Assembly: GCF_009914755.1 (NCBI RefSeq)
Contig: NC_060927.1
DNA length: 64,000 nt
From: the human T2T-CHM13v2.0 reference genome, Homo sapiens
Reading direction: 5' to 3' (one strand)
Position 1 is the stretch's first letter. Each line of letters starts with the position of its first letter. Both the position numbers and the translations under genes were made by a program. Shown here in pieces: positions 47,661 through 64,000 of this stretch. The notes beneath the pieces are model-generated. The model did no database searches. It worked only from the letters and a program-made list of their open reading frames with translations, and was not told where the DNA came from.

Positions 47661-48701
47661 TGATCCACCGGCCTTGGCCTCCCAAAGTGCTGGGATTACA
47701 GGCGTGAGCCACCCTGCCTGGCCAAGCCTTTTTATTTTTACTTTGCTCTGTTGCCCAGGCTGGAGTGCAGTGGGCTCAAGTGATCCTCCCCTCTCGGCCT
47801 CCTGAAGTACTGGGATTGTAGGCATGAGCCACCATGGCTGACTGTTTTGTTTTTTGTAAAGAAAAAAAAAATGAAAGGAAAAAAATAGAAGCTCCTTCTT
47901 ACAAAAGATCTGTTTTACAAAAGAAGAAATTGTGTGTATAGCCATAAGTTATATTATCTATGAATTCCAGGTTAAGATAGCAAAGAAGGATTTATAAAAT
48001 ATTTTTTAAAAAGAGTGGAGGTGTCCAGTGGAGCTGAGGCCTCTTGTGCAGGACCCACATTAAATGGGAGCGATGGTCCGCACACCATGGCCAGGGTCCC
48101 CTTCCCATCTGAGGGCCGGGCTGGAGGGCGTCAGACAGAAGTTAGGGAAGCCTCTCAGTGCCAGCGAGATGGGGAGAGCATGCTAGAAAGCTCTATTCAG
48201 GGAAGGACACCTGGCCTGGAAGGGGCAGACTCTGAGGGGCAGGGACACGTCAGAGACACAGCAAAATGGGGCTTGTGTAGCAAAACTGTGTAGGGGCCCA
48301 GACTTTGCACCTGCTTCAGAAGCCAGAGCTCCACTGCCGACTCAGAGACACCACAGAAGATGGGAAGCGGCCTGCAGAGGGTGCCTCCTAGAGCTTCCCT
48401 GGGACTCAGGCAAGGCCAGAACCACCGTTCTGGGGTGACTGGGACCTGGTAGGAAAACAGCTGCCCTGTGGATCATGGCGACCTTCCCGGCTCCACATTC
48501 TGGGCCTGGGGCCATCTGGGGCCCCTTCAGACTAAAGGACTGACATCCGTCCTGCCACAACCAATGCTCCTGTCCCTTCCTGGGGTGACAGGAAGTTGGT
48601 GTTGTGTGTGTGTGCACGTGTGCACAGGTGTGCACTGTGGCCCTTCTGGGAGGCTACACTCGGAATAAGCTCTGCCTCTCGGGGGAGGCATCAATGAGAA
48701 T

Positions 48702-49243
48702 GTACTGACTTAGTCTGTGTTGCTATAAAGGAACACCTGAGGCTGGGGAATTAATAAACAAGAGGGGCTTGTTGGACTCACAGTTCTGCAGACTGTGCCA
48801 GAAGCATGGAGCCAGCATCTGCTTCCGGCAAGGACCTCAGGAAGCTTCCACTCATGGCAGAAGGGGAAGGGGAGCTGGTGGTCCGTGCAGATCGCAGGGT
48901 AAGGGGGAGGCAAGAGAGAGGAGAGGAGGTGCCAGGCTCCTTTTAACAACCAATTCTCGGCCCGGTACAGTGGCTCACACCTGTAATCCCAGCACTTTGG
49001 GAGGCCAAGGTGGATGGATTGCTTGAGGTCAGAAGTTTGAAACCGGTGTGGCCAACATGATGTAAATCCGTCTCTACTAAAAATACAAAAATCAGCCTGG
49101 CATGGTGGTGTGCACCTGTAATTCCAGCTACTTGAGAGGCTGAGGCAGGAGAATTGCTTGAACCTGGGAGGTATGGTTGCAGTGAACCGAGATCGCGCCA
49201 CTGCACTCCAGCCTGGGCAACAGAGTGAGGCTCTGTCTCAAAC

Positions 49244-49274
<31 letters not shown>

Positions 49275-49500
49275 ACAAAAAGCAAAAAACCCCAAAAAAC
49301 AAAACAAAAAAAACCAAACCAAAAAACCTATCAATTCTCCTGAGAACTAACAGTAAGGACTCACTCACTGCCACGAGAAAGGCAGGAAGCCATTCATGTG
49401 GGATCCACTCCTGGGGTCCAAACACCTCCCACCAGGACCCACCTCCAACATCAAGATCACATTTCAACATCAGATTTGGAGGGGACAAACATGACAAATG
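48702..49500 (-). mobile_element. MST-family (MaLR) LTR split by an Alu (~48959-49330)
   Basis: gttgctataaaggaacacctgaggctgg...ggaagcttccactcatggcagaagg, resuming at ...aacacctcccaccagg...catttcaacatcagatttggagggg; Alu flanked by caattctc repeats. Confidence 0.75.
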
Positions 49501-50919
49501 TCAGCTTATGATTTCTTGTGGAATTGCACTTCAAATTTATTCAGACTCATCTGAAATAAATGTTGGTTGAACATGATGTGACTGTCACATTGACTTTGCA
49601 TCACCTCTCCCCCAGCCATTCCATCTCTGCTGGTTATAAGAAATCTCTTACTAGCAGTCGTTTAATTGTTGTTTACTTTAAAAGTCGCTTACTTTAAAAG
49701 TCGTTTACTTTATCTTAGTTTATTTTTTAGAGATAGAGTCTTGCTCTGTTGCCCAGGCTGGAGTGCAGTGGCACAATCGTAGCTCACTGCAGCTCCTAGG
49801 CTCAAGTGATCCTCCCACCTCAGTGTCTAGAGTAGGTGAGACCACAGGCACATACCACCCACACCTGGCTGATTTTTAAATTTATTTTGTATAAGGGGTG
49901 GGGATGTTGCAATATTGCCCAGGTCAATCTTGAACCCCTGGGGTCAAATGATCCTCTCACCTTCGCCTCCCAAAGTGCTAGGATTACAGGTGTGAGCCAC
50001 CTGTGTCCAGCCTAGCTGTCTTTACTTTTGGCTAATGTAGCCTGGTGAACCTGAAGAGACATGCAAGGTGCATAAGGCTCTCATGGGCTGGGAGCCCCAT
50101 GGCATAGGCTCAGCATGGGTTCCTTATACCTCTGTGTGAGTGTGGCAGCTATCTTCTTACCTAAAACTCCATTCAGCAAACTCTAAGAGGTTTAGAATCT
50201 TGAATTGATCTAAGCCCTTTAGAAAGCTCTTAGGACTCTTCATATTACATGTAATAGGTAGCCAGTTCATACTGCGTCAAACATGGAAGTGGAGGGTGAG
50301 CTTCAAGCTTGGTTTGATTCTGTGACTGGGTATTTCTTGCTGTTGCTTCCTTCTGTCTTCATCTGATGGTGGGCTTCCTGCTCATCGACAGCCTGGCTGC
50401 ACCACTTCCCGCCTCTCCTCTGGTGAGAGAGACTGTCTGGGTCCTGACAGCTGAGACAAACATTACTTTTCAGAAGACTCAACGAGCTGTTATTCATACA
50501 CTTCTTATTGAAAGATCAGATTTTTTATAGCAACACCTAATCTATGAACAAGGACCCATAAACAGTGAGGGAAAATGTCTTTAGAGACAACCAAGAAATC
50601 TCAAACCCATCTGTTCAATTTAAAGAGGAAACTCTACAGCTCTTATTCAGGACCTGTTGACTTAAGCTTTTCACAAAATTCCAATGAACTTGGTTACCTG
50701 GCTTCCTAGAACTTGACAGGTGAAAAGCAGCAGGTGAGAAGCTTTTAATAAACAGCAGTAACGTGAATGACCTCAGACACTATGAAAAGCCTCAAGGATA
50801 ATTTATCACTTAGGCAACGGAGTCAAGAAAGGAATTCCGGCCGGGCGCAGTGGCTCTCGCCTGTAATTCCAGCACTTTCGGAGACCGAGGCGGGTGGATT
50901 ACCTGAGGACAGGAGTTCA

Positions 50920-51222
<303 letters not shown>

Positions 51223-51325
51223 TCAGACTCAGTCACTCTCAGCTTCAATGTCCTTCTCCTAACATGGGTTATTGTGAAGATCAGGAAAATAATCAACAGC
51301 AATTCTTTAATATTTTTTTTTTTGA

Positions 51326-51484
<159 letters not shown>

Positions 51485-51580
51485 TAGTAGAGACAGGGTT
51501 TCTCCATGTTGGTCAGGCTGGTTGCGAACTCCCAACCTCAGGTGATCCGCCTGCCTTGGCGTCCCAAAGTGCTGGGATTA

Positions 51581-51937
<357 letters not shown>

Positions 51938-52026
51938 TAGGCTGGTCTTGAACTCCTGGGCCCGACCAATCCACCTGCCTCAACCTCCCAAAGTGCTGGG
52001 ATTACAGGCATGAGCCAGTGGAGTAG

Positions 52027-52209
<183 letters not shown>

Positions 52210-52943
52210 TGATCCATCCGCCTCAGCCTCCCAAAGTGCTGGGATTACAGGTGTGAGCCACCACACCCACCTGGACAGCAATTCTTATAAAGTGTTGAAT
52301 GAATGAGCATGCAGCATTAATGATGACTGAGGGGGGTGTGTGTGTAACAGTCATACAGCAAGAGTTAGCTCAAAGACAGGCAAATACAGCAAACATTTTA
52401 GGGAGAATTTATACTAAATTGTCACCAATGATTACACTATTATATGATAACTATTATTAGAGAGATGTCTGATTAAACCTTTTCTTTTTTTTTTGCTGGG
52501 CAGGGTGGCTCATGCCTGTAATCTCAGCACTTTAGGAGGCCAAGGTGGGCAGATTGCTTAAGCCCAGGAGTTCAAGATCAGCCTGGGCAACAGAACCAGA
52601 CCTTGTCTCTGCTAAAAATAAGGCTGCAGTAAGCCAGGATTGCATCTTTGCACTCCAGCCTGGGTGAGAGAGTGAGACCCTGAGACCCTCACTCAACAAA
52701 CAAACAAACAAACACAAAAACCAAACCAGAAAAACAAAAAACCCACCTTTTTTCATTTAAACTTTTCTCTATTTTCTATAATAATTATGCTTTACTTCCC
52801 TCCGTCCCTCCCCTCTTCTTTTCTTCATTATCATCCTAGATGCCCAGCACATCATAAGAGCTTAAGACACATGAATTGATTGAATCTGGGAAATGATTCA
52901 GGCTGTAAAGTCTCCTATAATAAGTGTTTTTGGCCATGAATAG

Positions 52944-53115
<172 letters not shown>

Positions 53116-53316
53116 TAGAGTAGCTGGGATTACAGGAGTGCGCCAGCACACCCGGCTAATTTTTGTATTTTTAGTAGAGACGGGGTTTCACCATTTTGGC
53201 CAGGCTGGTCTCGAACTCCTGACCTCAAGTGATCTGCCCACCTCGGCCTCCCAAAGTGCTGGGATTACAGGCATGAGCGACTGTACCCTGCCACCTGAGA
53301 GTTCTTTAGCAGTCTA

Positions 53317-53658
<342 letters not shown>

Positions 53659-53951
53659 CTACTAGGAAGGAAGTATTTAATAGGTACCAGGACTCAGAAG
53701 CTTCAGTTCTAATAATCCATATGGCCTGTGATCCAGCTGCCTGGGAATGGGCTGTGATGGTTAATCGTATGTGTCAACCTGACTGAGCCACAGGATGCCT
53801 ACATAGGTGGTTCAACATGATTTCTGGGTATGCATGCCTTCAAGGGTGTTTCTGGGAGACATTAGCCTTTGAATGGGTGAACTGAGCAAAGCAGACCTGC
53901 CTTCAGCAGTGCGGTTGAGCACCTTGCAATCTGTTGAAGACCTGAACGTTA

Positions 53952-54633
53952 GTGTGAACCCTGGAAATTTGAGTCAGGTCTCAGTTAATTTAGAAAGTTT
54001 ATTTTGCCAAGGTTGAGGAACACGTGCCTGTGACACAGCCTCAGGAAGTCCTGGACATGTGTCCAAGGTGGTCAGCGCACAGCTTGGTTTTATACATTTT
54101 AGGGAGACATGAGACATCAATCAATGTATGTAAGAAGTACAGTATGCGTGGCTGGGCGTGATGGCTCACGCCTGTAATCCCAGCACTTTGGGAGGCCGAG
54201 GTGGACGGATCACGAGGTCAGGAGTTCAAGACCAGCCTGGCCAATATGGTGAAACCCCATCTCTACTAAATGTACAAAAATTGGCGTGGTGGTGCATGCC
54301 TGTAGTCCCAGCTACTTAGGAGGCTGAGGCAGAAGAATTGCTTGAACCTGGGAGGCAGAGGTTGCAGTGAGCTGAGATTGCCTGGGCGACAGAGTAAGAC
54401 TCCATCTCAAAAAAAAAAAAAAAAAAAAGAAGTACATTGGTTCTGTCCAGAAAGCAGGGGACAACTCGAAGCAAGGAGAGGGCTTCTAGGTCATAGGTAG
54501 GTGAGAGAAAAATGGTTGCATTGAGTTTCTGATAAGCCTTTCCAAAGGAGGCAATCAGAATATGCTTCTATCTCAGTGAGCAGAGGGATGACTTTGAATA
54601 GAATGGGAGGCAGGTTTGTCCTTAGCAGTTCCC
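53952..54633. mobile_element. MER4A-type (ERV1) LTR nested in MLT2, itself split by an Alu (~54150-54430)
   Basis: caggtctcagttaatttagaaagtttattttgccaaggttgagg...tatacattttagggagacatgagacatcaatc is typical of MER4A/MER4A1. Confidence 0.7.
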
Positions 54634-54918
54634 AGGAGGATCCCCTGAGTTCCTCCAGCCTGGGCAACGTAGTGAGACCCCATCTCTAATAAATAAATAA
54701 ATAAATAAATAAATAAGAATGCATTAACTCTGCCTGACCACCTGAGCTGAGACATCCATCTTTTGCCTTCAGTGCTCCTGGTTCTCAGGCCTTCAGACCT
54801 GGTCTGGAATCTAGACCACTGAATTTCCTGGTCTCCAGCTTGCAGACAGCAGACAGTGGGAATTCTCAGCCTGTGTAACCATGTGAGCCAATATCTTTTT
54901 TTTTTTTTTTTTTTTTGA

Positions 54919-57867
<2,949 letters not shown>

Positions 57868-58101
57868 AGATGGCATAGCCTACTACACACCTATGTTACA
57901 TGCATGGTACAGCCCATGGCTCCTACGCTGCAAACTTGTACAGCATGTGACTGTACGAATACTGTAGGCAACTGTAACACAAGGATAAGTATATGTGTAT
58001 CTAAACACAGAAAAGGTCGGGTAAAAATAGGGTTGTAATTCTATGGGGCCACTGTCATAAATGTGGTCCGTTGTTGACTGAAATATCACATGGTACATAA
58101 C
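57868..58101. mobile_element. Tigger3/MER7-type DNA transposon fragment
   Basis: atagcctactacacacct...tgtacagcatgtgactgtac...tgtatctaaacacagaaaagg motifs. Confidence 0.65.
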
Positions 58102-58186
58102 TCTATCTTCTCTCAGGTCTGTTTCTCTGGAGAACCCTGACTATACAGGCTGGAAACAGGTAGATAACAGTTTTCTTTTTTCTCTG

Positions 58187-58290
58187 TGTCAGACAGGTAA
58201 TATGCCGACATTGTAGCAATGTTTCAGGATGGCCCATCTCACACCTGTGTGTGAACACCTAATCCTTATGCTTAAGAAGTACAAAAGGAT
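58187..58290 (-). pseudogene. Retroposed U13 snoRNA (SNORD13-like) pseudogene
   Basis: Minus strand ATCCTTTTGTACTTC...TTACCTGTCTGACA is colinear over 104 nt with U13 as I recall it; box D CTGA intact, box C degenerate; A-rich tail; 12-bp TSD GATAACAGTTTT at 58163-58174 and 58293-58304. Confidence 0.85.
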
Positions 58291-58445
58291 CTGATAACAG
58301 TTTTGTCGGTTCTGTTTTTTTGCCTCATCCCATTTCACCAGTATGGCACTCTGCAAAAGTGCAACTCATTCAAAAGTCCCTATTTCTACAAATTAAATAA
58401 AAACACAATTAAATTTTAGTAGGTGCTAAAACTTGGTTTTGAAAT

Positions 58446-58451
58446 TTTATT
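58446..58451 (-). terminator. DCP1A: DCP1A polyadenylation signal AATAAA
   Basis: tttatt on the plus strand, followed on the minus strand by a U/GU-rich element (TTGTGTTTTTATTT, ~58395-58409). Confidence 0.8.
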
Positions 58452-59517
58452 AAAAAAATATATTTGCAAACATATAAAATTTAAGATGAAAAACGCTCAT
58501 TTTAAAACATGTAATAACTTAATATTTGCAAACATACACAGATGCTATAAAATCCATACCATTAAAAATGTTAATGATACAGTATTGCGCTCATGGAACA
58601 AAAATCTTGCTGTAATTCCAGAGCTTCTCGTCCCCATGTTTCAGGGAGCTGAGAATCTGGTACAATGAAAGTCATGAGAGCCACATGGCCAAAGCAGTAA
58701 TACAGAATAAAAAACCATTTAGAACACATATTTTAAAAACATGTTTCTTAAGGAATCACACAGATAAAAAGGAAACACAATTCTGCATTTTCCCCACTTT
58801 GAAGTGAATGATATTGCATCTTAGCATTTTAAATGAAGGTGTCAAATACAAAACGGAGGGAATCACTGCACACATCTGTTGAATTTGCTGAAAAACAGGC
58901 TCCTCAAGGCCCTGGTCCACTCGGAAATGTTCTCAAGCACAGCTGTAAAAAAGCCTAGTGTAAGCTGCTTGACTTTGCTCAGATCTTAGCATTTTAGAGA
59001 CTTGAGAACACAGGGCACTATTGGTTCCAGAAGATACACTGAACGCAACTGAAGAAAACTGAAGGGAGGCAAGAAAGAAAAACATACTCTGCAGCAAACG
59101 TGCAGCCAGGATGCAGGATGCGCACCCTAGGATTCCTCAGTTCTCCTCACTCACACGGGCTGAGCCCACTCGTGCCTGTGCCACCTCTCATTCCTCTCAG
59201 AGTTACAGTATGATGGCTGATTTTGTTTTTTGAGCAGTTAGGCACCTTCAATTTCATGTTGCATTATTAGTAATACAATGGCAGTTAGGGCCTCTACTAT
59301 GGAAATGAGAAAATTTCAAACTACATTCTTTGGGGGAGGAGAGTAATAAAGCTGCATGGTTTAAAAATTTACCTAGTAGTGGATTTGATAGGGTTTATAT
59401 AATTTCTACAAGAAAACATAAGCCAGGAAAAGGACAAATGCTTGACATGCAAAATCTGGTTAGACATATACTAAACTAAGCCTGTGTGTCCCCCTGTAGA
59501 GAGGGGCCCAGCGTGAC

Positions 59518-59740
<223 letters not shown>

Positions 59741-62566
59741 GACTTGGGTTCTTAATAAAATACCACTCTCTGTGATGGCTACATCTAAGCCTTTGAAGGT
59801 GAGCTGTGGACATACCACATGTGGACAGCATGAAATGCTTCTTCTGACACTGAGAGTCACTTGAAAAACTTGAATTCAAAGTCAAGCAGGCCAAATCTCA
59901 CACCTCATGAATCCCAGGAGGTACACAATGAAGAAGAGCTTCTGCCTTAAAGGAACAAGGCTGTCTGGGAGGCCTGAGAGTCCATTAAAAGACACCGCAT
60001 TAACTACAACAAAAAGAAGAGCAGCACCACCCACCAGTGGTGCCCCAGACACACCTCTCCTCCAAGCTCTGGGCTGCTCCTCTTGGAGTCTACACTTAGA
60101 CCCTGGGGGTGGGGGTGGGCACACAAATGGACAGAGTGGTCTAAATGCAGGTCTCCTGGGGTTCTGCGAAATCTAGCCAGAAGCATCTCCATCTCGGTGT
60201 CCATTTCGATCCAACTAAGCTTCCAGTAAAGACACTGCAGCAATGTAAACATGCAACCTAAGCTAGCATGAGGTTCTAGATAGTAAGCCTGAACTAGGAA
60301 TAAGGCAACTGAACTGTGACTTTCGGGCCAGGGTCATCCAGCTGCAATTATCCAGGCTTGGCCTGGCTTCTCTAGGGATTCATTCTGGCCTGAACTTCCT
60401 GGTAATCATGACATGAACTTCTGGCTTCTGAATTTTAAGTAAATACTTTGAATATATAAATTTGGGAGGTGAAACAGGTTTACCCTTTTCAAGTCTCCAT
60501 GACTTGGGCACTTAAGTTTACTTTCACACTAAGGAAGCCTTATCATAGATGCTCTTTACTGTCTATCATATCCATTCCTAGCATTAAAGGTGAAAATTAG
60601 TATGATCACAGACTCTCTTTAGGATATTCTCTCTTAACTCTCTCATAATATTACATACTCAAAAGCATAATTTCGATTCAAGAATCCCTTGATTCGTCTG
60701 TTCACCGAAGCCCACTGAGACTACACTTGAGGTGCAATCACACCTACTGGTGCGTCCACTTTATGGAAGTCACGTGGCTCCCTGGACACCATCTCCCGGT
60801 GTCAGCAACACTCTGTATCCCACTATAGCTTTCTCGTTCCCAGATGATGCATAAGGAATTCATTTTTGGTTGCTTAATTTACATACTATCTGTGAAAACA
60901 AACTATTCACAATTGAGCATGAAAACTTATAAGCTTCCCTGAATTCTGCACAATTCACACATAATTAGGTAGACAGCAATAGAAGACACTAAAATGAGAA
61001 GCAGAAACCCTGTCCAGGAAGCATGTTTAGATCAACAAAAGCCAATCATTCTTTATGCTAAAAACTAAGACCAAACTAAAACAAGTATGTAATTCACAAG
61101 TAATTTTCTAAAATTTTAGCTAGAAAAAAATAATCTATGGACTTATGATTGAGTTACCATTAAAGCTTAAATGATTGTTCCTAAGGAACCATCATATCTG
61201 TCAGCATTATTCACAGCTAATCCTTATGCTAGCTGGTTGAGCCAATTGGGTTTTTACCCCATCATTAAATAGTGCTCAGAAAAGTAAGCAGTGCATCTTA
61301 ATTGGTTAAATACTACAAAATGACCTGTATCATAGAAACGAAGACACTTTCATTCAAAGAATATCTTAAAATTACTATTGCTGAAATAAATCAAAATCTA
61401 CATTAAAATATTACTAAACACCATTACATGCCATAAAAGAATAAATAGAAATCATGGCAGATCAATAGCAGCATAACAAAGCTTCTTTACATATTTTCAC
61501 ACTTTGGGCCGGGAAAGTACTCACAGCCTAGGAATACATTGGTAGAGTTCGGAATCACATTTTCTTTTAACTCCATAATTCTACAACAAAATAAGGGCAG
61601 TGTGAATAACAGCTCCCTTTTCTGCATAGCTTTAAAACTATTCTCAGTACACTCAAGGAAAGGAACCAGAATGGCTTTGTCAGATTGGTCCACTGGTCCT
61701 TTTGTCAAAGTGTTAAGGAAAACAATCAACAATGACAGAAAAGGAAAATAAGGCTGTGCTTCACACACAAACTTAGCATTTTCAGAACCAATGGAGAGTT
61801 TAACCTAAAATGAAGATTTGATAGGATGTGGGCATTCCCAGCCCCAGCCTTTCCTTCAAAGGTATGACATGCCTGTGTCCACACCACCAGAGCCTGACAG
61901 TGCCCTATTCAAATGGTAATGCTGCACTGGGGGCCTGCTGCAGGGCAGGACTGGGGCACTTAAAAACAAAATGCTATTAAGAAATTTCACAACTTTTAAG
62001 GCCCAAATGGGGCATTCATATAAAATATACTTCACTTGAGGAAATAATTCCTAATTTGCCGGCTTAAATTCTGGTCCTAAAAACTAGAAGCTACTTTGCA
62101 GAGCTGCCTTCTACTCTGTTCAAAACTTGACTTGTCAGCCCAAAGCCCGTTTCTATGGGGTAGGCTGGGGGAAGCGGTGGGGGCCGGGCTGAACTTCTGC
62201 TGTGAGGCTGGTGACTACTCCTCTGTAAGTCCTTGAAAGTGAAAGCAAGCTGAGAATCTGACTCCTTATTCCACAGCCTTGCTCCTAGCTGATGAAAACA
62301 CCCACATAACTTAACACAATGATCGCTCTCTTTTTTTTTTTTTTTTTTTTTTTTTTGTCAAAACAAGGATCTGCTGGTGATGCTTCACAGTGAAACCTCC
62401 ATTATCACTGAGAATGTCACTTGGAAAACATTCTTAAGAAATGAGTCTCTTTCTCATAGGCTCAATTTCAGGATTCTCAAACTCAATGTTCTGCTCAGAA
62501 GTTTCCATGATGAAGCCTATTTGTCTCTGAGGCTGGGGCTCTGCCTTTAGACTTATTCTGCTCCAG

Positions 62567-62647
62567 TCATAGGTTGTGGTTGTCTTTGTTCTTGGTCAGA
62601 ACCTGCAAGTAGACTTCATGAAGTGTACTGAGGAAGCTGGAATCATT
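62567..62647 (-). CDS. DCP1A: DCP1A last exon, coding part (NDSSFLSTLHEVYLQVLTKNKDNHNL*)
   Basis: Acceptor ttctag|A, in frame with the previous exon, TGA at 62567-62569; DCP1 C-terminal trimerization helix. Confidence 0.95.
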   Translation of the reverse strand, partial: NDSSFLSTLHEVYLQVLTKNKDNHNL

Positions 62648-63051
62648 CTAGAAGAGATGGTAAAGGTTAAGGATACGAATGCCACATTTACCTCATCAGA
62701 TTTTACTTCCTTGGTAACAGCTTAGGAAAAAAATTGTATAAATGATTTGTATAACTGATAATCCCACCACCCAGAGACAATCATGATTAATATTTTGAGT
62801 TCATGCAGATATTTCTCCACCAGGACTGTATGCTTAAAAAAAGAGAAACAGTACTCCCAGCTAGTCTGTTTTTGTTTTTTTTTTGCCTGCCTTGGCCTCC
62901 CATAGTGCTGGGATTACAGGTGTGAGCCACTTTGCCTGGCCTCCAGCTAGTCTTTTGAATTTACTTTATGAACTGATTCTGTAAGAGGAATTTATAAAAT
63001 TTCTTTCATTAAATAATGAAAAATCAAAGATAAAATTGGTATCCTACATAC

Positions 63052-63270
63052 CTTTATTAGATGTATTAATGTATCCTGGAGCTGAGACTTGCTGAGAATA
63101 ATGGAAGGCTTTCTCTGACTTTCTGGCGTTCCAATAGTTAGAGGAGAAGGGGAGCTGGCTTTCCTCTCAAGGTCCGAAGATCTTGTAACTGTCTGCTGGA
63201 AAACACTTGGGGCCAGCAGGACTGAAGACACTGCAGTGGTCGTTGCAGTAACCAGTGGGGCGCCTGCAAC
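63052..63270 (-). CDS. DCP1A: DCP1A penultimate coding exon (219 nt, VAGAPLVTATTTAVSSVLLAPSVFQQTVTRSSDLERKASSPSPLTIGTPESQRKPSIILSKSQLQDTLIHLIK)
   Basis: Acceptor ctctccag|G, donor AAG|gtatgt; peptide recognised as the DCP1A C-terminal region and start of the trimerization domain. Confidence 0.95.
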
Positions 63271-63741
63271 CTGGAGAGTGACAATGGTCATTTTGTACCG
63301 AAGTGCAGAAGCCAGTAGCCAGGCCCAGAATAGGGACCATGTGGAAACAGGCATAAGCAGCAGAAGAGTGGAGCACAGAGACAGACTATTTTGAGTTCAG
63401 GTAAACATTCAGTAGGAACATGTGAACATCTGACATCTGGTTATAAACTTCCATTAGCTAAAGGATGACCAGCCCATTTATGTAAGAATGTCCTAGAATC
63501 ATTACGGGAAGCCAAGTCCAACCACCACAGTAGGTAAGAGAAGTAACAGTATAGAATGCACAGTAAGAAAAATCCTATGATAAATTTAAAATGTAAAGGC
63601 TTTTTGGGAGGAGAGTTGGGGAAATGACTGAAGAGGACATGAGGGAACTTTCTGGAGTGACAAAATGTTACATATTGATTGGGTTGCCCAAGGGATATTA
63701 CATACATGTGTCAAAAACTCATTTAAAAATCTGCATGTTTT

Positions 63742-64000
<259 letters not shown>

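Noticed and set aside
49671-49712. 16-bp tandem repeat (~2.5 copies)
   Set aside because: Simple slippage duplication with no spacers; not CRISPR-like

Overview
Primate genomic DNA, almost certainly human (from memory, chr3p21). It is Alu-dense and holds two genes on the minus strand in tandem. (1) The complete transketolase gene TKT: 14 coding exons with canonical GT-AG boundaries, ATG at 30918, TAG at 657-659. The exon lengths sum to 1872 nt, i.e. 623 aa plus stop. The promoter is a GC-box/CpG island at ~30.4-31.2 kb. (2) The 3' end of DCP1A (mRNA decapping factor): last two coding exons, a ~4.1 kb 3' UTR and AATAAA at 58446-58451. The ~27 kb between the genes is mostly Alu, LTR (MER21, MST, MLT2, MER4), L1 and Tigger relics, plus a retroposed U13 snoRNA pseudogene with target-site duplication (TSD). 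I found no convincing previously undescribed biological system. The most noteworthy observations are a 24-nt in-frame Alu-derived TKT micro-exon, two full-consensus antioxidant response elements (AREs; intron 4 and ~14 kb upstream), a recursive-splicing-type donor at the start of TKT exon 9, and a non-canonical TKT poly(A) site. Almost all ORFs in the supplied track are Alu or GC-rich artefacts. Repeat family names are recognised from memory and repeat boundaries are approximate.
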